This document shows, in pieces, positions 38,148 to 50,672 of a DNA stretch of 64,000 nt (the first letter of the stretch is position 1; each line of letters opens with the position of its first letter). A model generated the notes under the pieces. It had not been told where the DNA came from and made no database searches. It was given only the letters and a program-made list of their open reading frames with translations. This stretch comes from Myxococcota bacterium (GTDB taxonomy: Bacteria > Myxococcota_A > UBA9160 > JAFDDA01): positions 1,504,001 through 1,568,000 of the forward strand of contig OZ245817.1 in the NCBI GenBank assembly GCA_965228475.1. Reading direction: 5' to 3'. A program made the translations under genes and the position numbers.

Positions 38148-39149
38148 TCAGGGGAGCTCTTCGTCCTCCGCCGCCAGTTCGTCGAGCGCATCGCGCAGCT
38201 CGGCGGCCTCGGCGAAGAACGCCTCGGGCGTCTGGCGCGGGAGCCATGCCGTGGGCAGGGGCTCGAGGCGCGACCAGTAGGGCAGGGTGGTCACCCACAG
38301 GTCCTCGTCGGCGACCTGGTTCGCCCAGTCGAAGGCGATGAGCAGCGCGGCCAGGCACGCGCCCGCGAGGACCCGCCGGGAGGGCCGGAGCGCTTCGGCC
38401 ACCGTGAGGTGGGCGGCGAGGTTGACCGCCATGATCGTCGCGCCGGCGATGGACTCGGCCATCATCATCGGCTCGATCGGGGCGAACACGAAGCGTGCCT
38501 GCCCGAACAGCTCGGCCTCCGCGTAGCGGGCCACGGCGGTCACCGCCGCGATCGCCCAGTGGGCGAGGAAGCGCGAGCGGCCCGTGAGGAGCCGGGTCAC
38601 CAGGGCCCATGCCCCGGCCCAGGCCGCGACGACCAGCAGCAGGAGGGCCGGTTCGGTCCACAGCTCGACCGCCTCGTACTCGGCGTAGGTCTCCCGCCAG
38701 GCCTCTCCGACACCGAGGAACCAGAGCAGCGCCGCAAGGAGGACTCCGCCCACCGGGTGACCGAGCCAGCGCAGGGGGCCGCTGACCGGGGCGAGGGGGA
38801 CGGTCTCTGCCAGGGCCTCTCGGGAGTCCGCGAGGCGCAGCACCGTCCGGCCGAGGCGCAGCCGCGCTCCCGGTGCGATGGCCGTGCGCTCGACGGCGCG
38901 GCCGTCGACCCGCGTGCCGTTGCGGCTTCCGAGGTCGCGCAGCGAGACGACGCGCTCCTCGTCGAGTTCGAGCACGGCGTGGTGCGGGCAGACGTGGGGG
39001 TCGTCGAGGATCAGGTCGTTGTCGAAGGCGCGGCCGATCCGGAGTCCGGGGCCGGTGAGGCGCACGCGCTCGACCACGCTGCCGTGGCGGTCGAGCCGCT
39101 CGACGAAGAGGCTTGCCTCGGTGGAAGGCCGACGGTCGATCGGGGTCAC
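38148..39149 (-). CDS. FHA-domain membrane protein
   Basis: IGRAFDND...HHA...DLGSRNGT + several TM helices. Confidence 0.85.
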   Translation of the reverse strand: MTPIDRRPSTEASLFVERLDRHGSVVERVRLTGPGLRIGRAFDNDLILDDPHVCPHHAVLELDEERVVSLRDLGSRNGTRVDGRAVERTAIAPGARLRLGRTVLRLADSREALAETVPLAPVSGPLRWLGHPVGGVLLAALLWFLGVGEAWRETYAEYEAVELWTEPALLLLVVAAWAGAWALVTRLLTGRSRFLAHWAIAAVTAVARYAEAELFGQARFVFAPIEPMMMAESIAGATIMAVNLAAHLTVAEALRPSRRVLAGACLAALLIAFDWANQVADEDLWVTTLPYWSRLEPLPTAWLPRQTPEAFFAEAAELRDALDELAAEDEELP

Positions 39150-40381
39150 TCCTTCCACGCGAGCGACTCCAGGTAGCGGCGCGCGAGCCGTTCGCCCGAT
39201 TCGAAGGAGACGCCCGAGAGCGTGAGCGTCGTGTTCAGGGCCTCCTGGTCGTGGCCGAGGGAGGCGGCCTTCAGCACGACGTCGAAGAGCCCTTCGATCC
39301 GCTTGTAGCGCCGGGCACAGAGCGCCGTCTTCCACAGCAGGCCTCCCTGCTCGACGAAGCGCGTGTTGCAGCGGAACGCGGTCAGGTCGTCTTCGTCCCC
39401 GTCGAGGGCGAGCTCGTTGTCCTCGAAGAACCAGGTGTGAAGCGAGTGGAAGCGCACGGCGCCGAGGCGCTCGCTCGAGACGCGATCGTGGCTCACGTGG
39501 ATCCACTCGTAGGTGTGGTCCTCGGAGAGGTAGATCTGATCCTCGGTCGCGCAGGTCTGGTAGGCGAGCTGGTAGAGCCAGTCGTCCTCGCTCTCGGTGT
39601 CGCCCCAGCAGCTGAAGAAGGGCGCGAGCCGGCCGGGCACGACGAAGGGCCCGATGCGCGCGGTTTCGAACGGCTCCGCGAGGATCGCCTCGACGAAGCG
39701 CTCCTGGTAGCCGAGGAGCTGTCGCCGCAGCGATGCCCGATGGTCGGGGTCGGGCGCGCGCTCGAGCAGGGCGCGCACCTCCCCGGCCGGAACGAGGAAG
39801 CTCACGTCGTCGCCCGAGGTGGAGACGTTCACGCCGATCAGCCGGCCCGCGTCGTCGAGCGCCGGGCCTCCGCTCATGCCCGGGTTCAGGGAGCCGGTGA
39901 AGTGGATGCGCTCGAGGAACGCGTTCTCGAGGCGTCCGTTGTAGGTGCCCGAGACGATCGAAAGGCCGATGTCGAGGGGGTTGCCGAGGGCGTGGATCGC
40001 GCTCCCCGCCGCGGGCGGCTCCGCCTCTTCCCGGAAGGCGACGAACCGCTCGGTCGTGCGTTCGGTCTTCAGGACGGCGAGGTCGGCCACCGGGTCGAAG
40101 GCCAGGAGCGTGGCTTCGTAGCGGGTTTCGGCCCGGTCGAGCACCTCGATCCGGTAGCGCTCGGGCCGGTGAACCGTCTCCGCGACGACGTGGTAGTTGG
40201 TGACGATGCGGCCATCCGCCGCGGCCGCGAAGCCCGAGCCGATGCCGCGCTTGGCGGAGCTCGCGAGGTCGATCACCTGGACCTGCAGCACGAGGTCGGC
40301 GTGGTCCCGGAACACGTCCCGCGCGCGCGCGGCCTCGGCCGGCGGGCTCGCCGTGCCGAGGCCGATCGCCAGCGCGAGCAC
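39146..40381 (-). CDS. Secreted trypsin-like (S1) serine protease (start uncertain)
   Basis: GSGF, TNYHVV, DLAVL, GMSGGP. Confidence 0.85.
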   Translation of the reverse strand: MLALAIGLGTASPPAEAARARDVFRDHADLVLQVQVIDLASSAKRGIGSGFAAAADGRIVTNYHVVAETVHRPERYRIEVLDRAETRYEATLLAFDPVADLAVLKTERTTERFVAFREEAEPPAAGSAIHALGNPLDIGLSIVSGTYNGRLENAFLERIHFTGSLNPGMSGGPALDDAGRLIGVNVSTSGDDVSFLVPAGEVRALLERAPDPDHRASLRRQLLGYQERFVEAILAEPFETARIGPFVVPGRLAPFFSCWGDTESEDDWLYQLAYQTCATEDQIYLSEDHTYEWIHVSHDRVSSERLGAVRFHSLHTWFFEDNELALDGDEDDLTAFRCNTRFVEQGGLLWKTALCARRYKRIEGLFDVVLKAASLGHDQEALNTTLTLSGVSFESGERLARRYLESLAWKE

Positions 40382-40437
40382 GGTGCGCAGGAGAAGGGTG
40401 CGAAGCCCTCCTCCTTTCTCTTCGCGAGGCGTTCCTC

Positions 40438-41838
<1,401 letters not shown>

Positions 41839-41881
41839 GGCTCCTCCCGGGCGACGGTGGGGCGGTCGCCACCTCGGGAGT

Positions 41882-42670
41882 CTAGCCTTTGCTCGCCTCG
41901 AGTTGGGGCCGCTCCTTCGGCGTCGGTGCGGGCCGGCGGAGCGCGGAGGGGGCGAGCAGGCTCGCGAGGAGCACCGCCAGGGAGGGAGCGGGCACCGAGG
42001 CCGGCGGCGCCGCGAACAGCGCGGACGGGTCCTCGACGCTGTCGAAGACCCGGACGTCGTCGAGGTCGCCCTGCCAGAAGTTGTTCGTGTTGCGGTTGGT
42101 GCCGAGGCGGAAGTTCTGGAGCCCGCCCGGGTTCGTGCCGAAGCTCGCGCCCACCTGGACGCCGTTCAGCCAGAGGTCGCCGTCGTTGCCGCCGAACTTG
42201 CGGACGACGATGTGGTCCCAGACCCCGAGGCCGCTCGGCGCGCCGATCGTGTAGAGGTTCTGCCAGGTGCGGAACTGGTAGACGCCGCCCGCGCTCTCGA
42301 CCTGCCAGGAGTAGTTCGCGCTCGGGCTCGTGTTGTTGCTGAAGAGGCCCTGGAAGGCGCCCTGATCGAGGGCGCCCTGGGAGCGGACCCAGAGGGAGAT
42401 CGTCCAGTTCGGCATGCCGCCCGGGCCGGAGGTCTCGAGGAAGGACGGGCTGGCTTCACTGCCGTCGAAGCGGGCGAAGCCCAGCGAGAGGTCCGGGCCG
42501 CCGCCCACCGCGCCGAGGTCGTAGTCCGTGGCGCTGCCCGAGACGTCCGCGGCGGTGCCGCCGTCGAAGTCCCAATGGGCGATCAGCGTGGCCCGGGCGG
42601 GGGTCGCCAGGAGGAAGAGGGCGGTGGCGAGCCAGAGGGCCCGGCACCGATGGGGGGATTCGTGCTTCAC
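41882..42670 (-). CDS. Secreted LamG-like jelly-roll protein with PEP-CTERM-like tail
   Basis: LIAHWDFD, WTISLWV, WDHIV, GDLDDVRVF, VPAPS-TM-RR. Confidence 0.8.
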   Translation of the reverse strand: MKHESPHRCRALWLATALFLLATPARATLIAHWDFDGGTAADVSGSATDYDLGAVGGGPDLSLGFARFDGSEASPSFLETSGPGGMPNWTISLWVRSQGALDQGAFQGLFSNNTSPSANYSWQVESAGGVYQFRTWQNLYTIGAPSGLGVWDHIVVRKFGGNDGDLWLNGVQVGASFGTNPGGLQNFRLGTNRNTNNFWQGDLDDVRVFDSVEDPSALFAAPPASVPAPSLAVLLASLLAPSALRRPAPTPKERPQLEASKG

Positions 42671-42814
42671 CCCCAGCCCATCGACCGGGGGAAAGCCCTA
42701 CTGAAGCCGAAATGTGTTCAAAAACACACGATTCGAGAGAGCGCGGGGGCGCACGGGTTTGGGGCAGACGTTGCGGGGCCCCTGCGCGACCCCGCCCGTG
42801 CAGCACTCCGGCAG

Positions 42815-45800
42815 CTACGGAGTCGAGGCGACTTCGAGTCCCTTCGGCGCGGCCTCTTCGGCCTCGGCCGCGCGGCAGGCGCTCGGGTCGCAGCCGTCGA
42901 CGAGCGGCTCGAGCGCCGGGGCGAGCATGCGCAGCACCTGGGAGGGCAGGCTGCTCGTGAAGTCGTACTGGCCGGCCTGGCGGCCTTCGACGTAGGCGGT
43001 CAGCACGCCGAAGTGATCGTCACCGAGGAAGAAGGCGAGGGTGGCCGAGCGGCTCGCGACCTCGGCCGAGAGGAGGCGCCCGTCGCTCGCGAAGCGCTTG
43101 CGCCGGTTGTCGCCCGTGCCGGTCTTGCCGCCGATCGCGACGGGCTGGCCGTCGAGCGTGTGGAGTGCGCCGTTCGCGCGCCGCGCGGTGCCGTTCGCGA
43201 CGACGTCGAGCAGGGCTTCGCGGGTGGCGCGGGCGACCTCCGGGCGGAGCACCCGCTCGGATTCTCCGTCCACCGGGCGAAGGCGCGTCTCGAAGGGCGT
43301 GCGTTCGGCGAGACGGATCCCGTCGATGCGGCGGGCCGGGCGGCGGAGCCCGTCGTTCTGCAGGATGCCCATCAGCTCGGCCAGGGCGGCGGGTCGATCC
43401 GCCGAGGAACCGATCGCCGTGGCGTAGGAAGGCACGAGGCTCGGGAACGGATATCCCATGCGCGACCAGTCCGCGTGGATCTGTTCGAAGGCGTCGCGCT
43501 CGAGCTCGGCGCGGATGCGGAGCTTCTTCCCGCTGCGGCGGCCGTTGCGCAGCCAGTCGTAGATGTCGGAGCGCACCTTGGCGCTCGCGGTGCGGAGCTC
43601 CGCGGCATCGGCCTCCGGGTTCTGAGCGCGGTAGTGCACCAGCCAGAGCTCGAGCGGGTGGAGACCCGTCAGGAAGGCGCGGTCCGCGAGCGAGAGCCGC
43701 CAGGGGTTCGCCTGGGCGTGCCAGCGCCGGAGGTCGTCGCCCGTGTAGCGCGTGCCCGGGTTCGCCTGCGAGAGGAAGCGATGCATCGCGGCGACGTCGC
43801 CCGCCGGGTGGAGGGAGCGGTACACGACGGCCTGCCGGAAGCCGCCCTTGCGCGCCCGGTTCGCGAGCTGGATCTCGCGTTCGAGCGGCGTTCCTTCGCG
43901 ATAGCGGCGGACGAAGGTGGTCAGGAAGCCCAGGCTCTCGCGCTCGATGAAGCGCTCGAGCAGGGCCTGGCCGTAGGGGTCGCCCGGGTCGTCGAGGGCG
44001 CGCGCGCCCGGGCCGCCCGGGCCGAAGGTCAGGTGGTCGGCGACCTCGCGCATGAGGCGGATGAACGGAAGGTTCACCGAGTGGCGCAGGGCGAGGCGGA
44101 GGGGGACGTGGCTGCCGTCGAAGGTCGAGTCGAAGTTCCCGAAGTGGTGGGAGCCGCCGCCGGTGTAGAAGCGGCCGGGCCGCGCGGAGATCGGCCGGTC
44201 GAGGGCGGCCGCGATCATGCCTTCCAGGGAGAGCCCGGGGCGAGCGCGCAGCGTGTCCACGACGAAGCGCGTGAGCGTGTCGCGCGGGTCGATGACGAGG
44301 GCGCCGAGCTCCCGGCGCGAGAGGCCCGCGTGGGCGTCGAACACGCCGGCGACGAGCTCCAGGTGATGCAGCAGCGTGCGCAGCTTCGCGGTCGAACCGA
44401 GGTCGAGCATCATGCCCTCGTTCACGTCGAAGGGCTGATCGAGCGTGTCGGCCTGGACGCGCAGCACGTTGGCGTCGCCCTCGCGCTCGTAGAGCAGGAA
44501 CGAGTAGACCACCTGGCTCGGGTCGCCGTTCTCGAGCAGCCGCGGCGCCTTGAGCTGGGCGCCGAGGCCCCGGGGATCCGCGAGTTCGCGCAGGACGCGC
44601 GAGACCTCGGCCTGGGCCGGTGCGTCGAGCGTGGCTTCGACCGTGAGGTCCATGCGGTCGAGGTCGTAGGCGCCGGGGACGTCGAGCCAGCCGAGCAGCT
44701 CCGCGCGGACGGCGTGGGCGGCCTTGGGACGCGGTCCGTCCACGGCCGGCTTCCGGTATCGGCCCGCGAGGAACCCGGGCCGGGCGGCGAGGGCGGCTTC
44801 GCGCAGCGGTTCGTCGATGACGCCCGCTTCGCCGAGCAATCCGAGGTAGACGTCCGTCAGCGCGTGCAGGTCTTCCTGGCCCGCGCGCAGGTAGTGGGAC
44901 GGCCGGCGCTGGGCGAGGAAGAGCGACAGCACGCGCCGGTAGGCGAGGGCGCGTTCCTCGAGCGTGCCCGCTTCGAGCGCGCGCGCCGTCTCGCGGTGGT
45001 CCGCGCCGAACCAGGCGTGCAGGCCATCGGGGACGCCGTTCACTTCGCCGAAGCCGGCGCGCGCCGCGAGCGGGACGGTGTTCACGTAGTCGGTCACGAT
45101 GCGGCGGCGGGAGTCCCGCGTGTCGGGCCCGCCCTGGTAGGCGCGGAGCGTCGCTGCCGTGATCTGCCGGACCTTCTCCGGGACGGAATCGGTGAGACCC
45201 CCCGGCGAGTGGCGGTACTTCTCGATCTGGATGGCGAGGGTGCTCGCGCCCGGCCGCCGGCCGCCGCCGCTCGGCAGGACCTGGAGGAGCGCGGCGTGAA
45301 GGAGCCGCGGCCACTCGATCACCGGGCTCCGGTACGGGAAGCCCGGTTCGAGCAGCTGCCGGTTCTCGATGAAGAGCAGCGTCTCCACCACGAGCCGCGG
45401 GACTTCGTCGAAGCTCGCGAAGTGGCGCTGGGGGTAGATCGTCCGGGTGAGCGGCGCGCCGTCGCGTCCGAGGATGGTCAGGCCAGCGCGCGCCTTCTCG
45501 GGATAGATGGCCGGGAGCCCGAGAGCCGCGAACCGTTCGCTCTGGAGGCTCGGGCGCGCCTGGGCGATGACCTCGAAGCCCGCGCCCTCGAGGGCGGCGA
45601 CGTGCTCCGAGAGGCGGTCGTAGCCGAGGCGGCGGTCGTAGGGGCCGTCGGCGGCGAGCAGCGGCGCGGGGTTCTTGCCGCCGAGGACGTGGAAGTCGGC
45701 CCGGGCCGAGGCATCCGAGGTGGCGAAGGCCTGGACGCGGTTGGTGCGGACCTCGGTCCGGACGGCGGCCATCACGAGGAGCAGCCCGAGCAGGGTGACG

Positions 45801-45913
45801 AGCCCGCGGCCCAGGCGGGACGGCCGGCCTCCGAGGAGCACCGGCTTGCGCGGCGCCTGAACGCCCGGCGAGGCGATCGGCTTCCGCGGCGCGCTGACGA
45901 GGCTCGAGTCCAT
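42815..45913 (-). CDS. Large class A PBP-like protein (GT51 + transpeptidase)
   Basis: N-terminal TM, GASTLAIQ, STAK, SVN, KTGT. Confidence 0.8.
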   Translation of the reverse strand: MDSSLVSAPRKPIASPGVQAPRKPVLLGGRPSRLGRGLVTLLGLLLVMAAVRTEVRTNRVQAFATSDASARADFHVLGGKNPAPLLAADGPYDRRLGYDRLSEHVAALEGAGFEVIAQARPSLQSERFAALGLPAIYPEKARAGLTILGRDGAPLTRTIYPQRHFASFDEVPRLVVETLLFIENRQLLEPGFPYRSPVIEWPRLLHAALLQVLPSGGGRRPGASTLAIQIEKYRHSPGGLTDSVPEKVRQITAATLRAYQGGPDTRDSRRRIVTDYVNTVPLAARAGFGEVNGVPDGLHAWFGADHRETARALEAGTLEERALAYRRVLSLFLAQRRPSHYLRAGQEDLHALTDVYLGLLGEAGVIDEPLREAALAARPGFLAGRYRKPAVDGPRPKAAHAVRAELLGWLDVPGAYDLDRMDLTVEATLDAPAQAEVSRVLRELADPRGLGAQLKAPRLLENGDPSQVVYSFLLYEREGDANVLRVQADTLDQPFDVNEGMMLDLGSTAKLRTLLHHLELVAGVFDAHAGLSRRELGALVIDPRDTLTRFVVDTLRARPGLSLEGMIAAALDRPISARPGRFYTGGGSHHFGNFDSTFDGSHVPLRLALRHSVNLPFIRLMREVADHLTFGPGGPGARALDDPGDPYGQALLERFIERESLGFLTTFVRRYREGTPLEREIQLANRARKGGFRQAVVYRSLHPAGDVAAMHRFLSQANPGTRYTGDDLRRWHAQANPWRLSLADRAFLTGLHPLELWLVHYRAQNPEADAAELRTASAKVRSDIYDWLRNGRRSGKKLRIRAELERDAFEQIHADWSRMGYPFPSLVPSYATAIGSSADRPAALAELMGILQNDGLRRPARRIDGIRLAERTPFETRLRPVDGESERVLRPEVARATREALLDVVANGTARRANGALHTLDGQPVAIGGKTGTGDNRRKRFASDGRLLSAEVASRSATLAFFLGDDHFGVLTAYVEGRQAGQYDFTSSLPSQVLRMLAPALEPLVDGCDPSACRAAEAEEAAPKGLEVASTP

Positions 45914-46035
45914 CCATCTCCCCAGAGAGAAGTCTCCGTGGAGTGGGTCGATTCCAACTCGGTCGAGGTGACGAAAGCGGCAATCCGCCGGCAGGAGGGG
46001 TGCATCGAGGCCGCTGCATGCACGAAAGGTGTGCA

Positions 46036-46063
46036 TTGAAAGATATATCGTTCGATATATCCT
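46036..46063 (+). promoter_or_regulatory. Sigma-70-type promoter overlapped by PadR operator
   Basis: TTGAAA-16-TATCCT; perfect dyad GATATATCG-TT-CGATATATC at 46042-46061. Confidence 0.7.
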
Positions 46064-46070
46064 CCGATCC

Positions 46071-46595
46071 ATGTACAAACAACGACACCGACGACGACAC
46101 CACCGGCGCAAGCGCTTCGCGCGCGGGCGCTTCTTCGGACGCGGCGAGGTGCGCCTCGCCCTGCTGGGCCTGCTGGCCGAACGGCCGCGGCACGGATACG
46201 AGCTCATGAAGGCGCTCGAGGAGCGTTCCGGCGGGGCCTACCGGGCCAGCGCCGGCACGATCTACCCGACCCTCCAGATGCTCGAGGACGAAGGCCTCGC
46301 GGCCGTCCAGCACGAGAACGGAAAGCGCGTCTACCGCGTCACCGAAGAGGGCCGGGCCCTCCTCGAGGAGGAGCAGGAGACCGTCGAGGAGATCTGGCGC
46401 CGGGCCGAGGACTGGAGCGACTGGGGCCCCTTCGGGCTCGGCGACCCCGACGCCGCCGAGGTGCTGAAGCCGGCGCTCCGCCTGGCCAAGACCGCGGTGC
46501 GCGCGGTCTCCCGCGAGCCGGACCTGGCCGACGAGGTCCGCGCCATCCTGCGCCGCGCGCGCCGCGACGTGCAGAGCCTGACGAAGATCGGATAG
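46071..46595 (+). CDS. PadR family regulator
   Basis: RPRHGYELM...SAGTIYPTLQMLEDEG. Confidence 0.92.
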   Translation: MYKQRHRRRHHRRKRFARGRFFGRGEVRLALLGLLAERPRHGYELMKALEERSGGAYRASAGTIYPTLQMLEDEGLAAVQHENGKRVYRVTEEGRALLEEEQETVEEIWRRAEDWSDWGPFGLGDPDAAEVLKPALRLAKTAVRAVSREPDLADEVRAILRRARRDVQSLTKIG

Positions 46596-46667
46596 GGCAC
46601 CGCCCCGCTCTGGTACGCTGCGCAGCGCTCGGAGGCACCGCCGCCTCCCGGTCGGACGGAGGATCGC

Positions 46668-47426
46668 ATGTCGCTAGCGGGACGCGTGGCACTGGTGACG
46701 GGAGGCGGGCGCGGCATCGGCCGGGCCATCGCGCTCGCCCTGGCCGAGGACGGCGCCGACGTCGCCATCAACTACCGGAGCGACGCGGACGCGGCGGCCG
46801 AGACCGTCGCCGCCATCGAGAAGCTCGGCCGCAAGGCCGCGGCCTACGCCGCCTCCGTCGACGACCTCGACGCCTGCCAGGCCATGGTCGATGCGGCGGC
46901 GAAGGATCTCGGGACCGTCGGCATCCTCGTCAACAACGCTGGCATCGCGAGCCGCGGCCAGAGCATCAAGAACACGGACCCGGCGGAGCTCGAACGCGTG
47001 ATGCGCATTCACGCCCTCGGCCCTCATGCCCTGTGCGGCATGGTGATCCCGGGCATGCGCACGCTCGAGCGCGGCGACGTGATCATGATCTCGAGCGCGG
47101 CGACCCGGTACAACAACGAGGGCGGCGCGCCCTACAACATGGCCAAGGCAGCCGGGGAAGCCCTCGCTTTCACGCTCGCGCGCGAAGAGCGCAAGCACGG
47201 CATCCGCGCCAACATCGTGGCGCCCGGCCTCGTCGAAACGGAGATGGGTCGTCGTCTGATGAAGGCCGTCGCGGGAGTCGACGATCTGCGGAAGCTCGAC
47301 GCGACCATGCCCTTCGGGCGTGTCTGTCAACCTGAAGACGTGGCGGCCGTCGTGCGCTTCCTGGTCTCTCCCGGTTCGGGATATGTGAACGGCCAGCGCG
47401 TCTACGTCGACGGCGGCGGCGCCTAG
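46668..47426 (+). CDS. SDR oxidoreductase
   Basis: TGGGRGIG, NNAG, YNMAK. Confidence 0.93.
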   Translation: MSLAGRVALVTGGGRGIGRAIALALAEDGADVAINYRSDADAAAETVAAIEKLGRKAAAYAASVDDLDACQAMVDAAAKDLGTVGILVNNAGIASRGQSIKNTDPAELERVMRIHALGPHALCGMVIPGMRTLERGDVIMISSAATRYNNEGGAPYNMAKAAGEALAFTLAREERKHGIRANIVAPGLVETEMGRRLMKAVAGVDDLRKLDATMPFGRVCQPEDVAAVVRFLVSPGSGYVNGQRVYVDGGGA

Positions 47427-47454
47427 CCGCCGGGTTCAGTCTGGCGGCGAGGCG

Positions 47455-49167
<1,713 letters not shown>

Positions 49168-49290
49168 CGCGAGATCTCCATCCAGGGAAGGAAGGCAGAC
49201 TACCATACGGTCTTCCGGTATCGTCGCCCGGCCCGCCCCCGGTCCCCGCCTCGCCCCGGTCCCCACCTCGGGTACCCAGGAGTCTCCCCC

Positions 49291-50652
49291 GTGTCCGGCC
49301 CGTCCCTTCGCGAAGAGGGCAGAACCCTCGTCCGCCTGTCGCTGCCCGTGGTGGCCGCGCAGGTCGGCACGATGTCGATGGGCATCGTGGACACCGCGAT
49401 GCTCGGGCGCGTGAGCGTCGAAGCCCTCGCTGCCTCCTCGATCGGGAACGCCTGGGTCTACTTCACGCTGCTCTCCTGCAACGGCCTCCTGATGGGCATG
49501 GACCCGGTGGTGAGCCACGCCCACGGCCGGCGCGACGGCCACACCGCGGCCATCGCGCTGCAGCGCGGCCTCGTGCTGGCGGTGTTGCTGAGCGTCGTCG
49601 TCGGCTTCCTGTGGACGGGCACCGAGGCGCTGATGCGGCTCATGCGTCAGGAGGAAGCGCTCGTTCTGGCGAGCGCGCGCTACGTCGAGGTCCAGATCCC
49701 GAGCATCGCGCTCTTCCTGGGCTTCACCGCCCTGCGCCAGCAGCTCCAGGCCCGGGAGCTCATGCGGCCCGCCATGTACGCGACGCTCGTGGCGAACGTT
49801 TCGAACGCGGCGCTCAACTGGGTGCTGATCTTCGGGAACCTCGGCTTCCCGGCGCTCGGCCTCGAGGGCGCCGGCATCGCGACGGCCGTGAACCGCGGCG
49901 TGATGTTCGCCCTGCTCGTGTTCTTCGTGTGGAAGGCGGACCTGCTCGAGGGCGCCTGGGTGCCGTGGTCGCGCGCGGCGGTCTCGCCGGCCGGGCTGAT
50001 GAACATCCTTCGGCTCGGCATCCCGGTCTCGATCCAGGTGGGGCTCGAGGTGCTCGCCTTCACCGGGTCGACCTTCCTGGCCGGTTGGATCGGCGCGTCG
50101 TCGATCGCGGCGCACCAGGTCACGCTGAACTTCGCGGCGCTCTCGTTCATGATGCCGCTCGGGGTTTCCCAGGCGGCCGCCACGCGGGTCGGGAACCTGC
50201 TCGGGGCGGAGCACCATGATCAGGCGCAGCGGGCGGCCTGGCTCGCGCTCGCGCTCGGCGCGGGCATCATGGTCTTCTGGGCCGTCGTCTTCATCCTCGG
50301 CCGCGCGCACCTGCCCAAGCTGATGACGGTGGACCCGGAGGTCGTCGCGCTCTCCGCCTCGATCTTCCCGATCGCCGCGGCCTTCCAGATCTTCGACGGC
50401 ACCCAGGTCGTCGGCTGCGGGATCCTGCGCGGCATGGGGCGCACGCGGCCGGTGGCCTGGTTCAACCTCGTCGCGTACTGGGTGATCGGCCTGCCGATCG
50501 GCGCCTGGTTCGCCCTCCGCGCCGGGTGGGGGCTTCCGGGCATCTGGTGGGGGCTCTGCCTCGGGCTGGCCGTGGTGGCCGGGGCCCTCGTCGCCTGGAT
50601 CCGGGTGCGCGGGCCGGCCAGCCTCGTCGGCGCCGATCCGATCCGGGCCTGA
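49291..50652 (+). CDS. MATE family efflux transporter
   Basis: VDTAMLGR, AAHQV, FQIFDGTQ; multiple TM helices. Confidence 0.92.
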   Translation: MSGPSLREEGRTLVRLSLPVVAAQVGTMSMGIVDTAMLGRVSVEALAASSIGNAWVYFTLLSCNGLLMGMDPVVSHAHGRRDGHTAAIALQRGLVLAVLLSVVVGFLWTGTEALMRLMRQEEALVLASARYVEVQIPSIALFLGFTALRQQLQARELMRPAMYATLVANVSNAALNWVLIFGNLGFPALGLEGAGIATAVNRGVMFALLVFFVWKADLLEGAWVPWSRAAVSPAGLMNILRLGIPVSIQVGLEVLAFTGSTFLAGWIGASSIAAHQVTLNFAALSFMMPLGVSQAAATRVGNLLGAEHHDQAQRAAWLALALGAGIMVFWAVVFILGRAHLPKLMTVDPEVVALSASIFPIAAAFQIFDGTQVVGCGILRGMGRTRPVAWFNLVAYWVIGLPIGAWFALRAGWGLPGIWWGLCLGLAVVAGALVAWIRVRGPASLVGADPIRA

Positions 50653-50672
50653 GTCGAGCGCATTCGCGGCGG

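Noticed and set aside
42713..42728. TGTGTT-N4-AACACA dyad upstream of the LamG gene (CRP-like)
   Set aside because: Single short instance with no supporting regulator or second copy.
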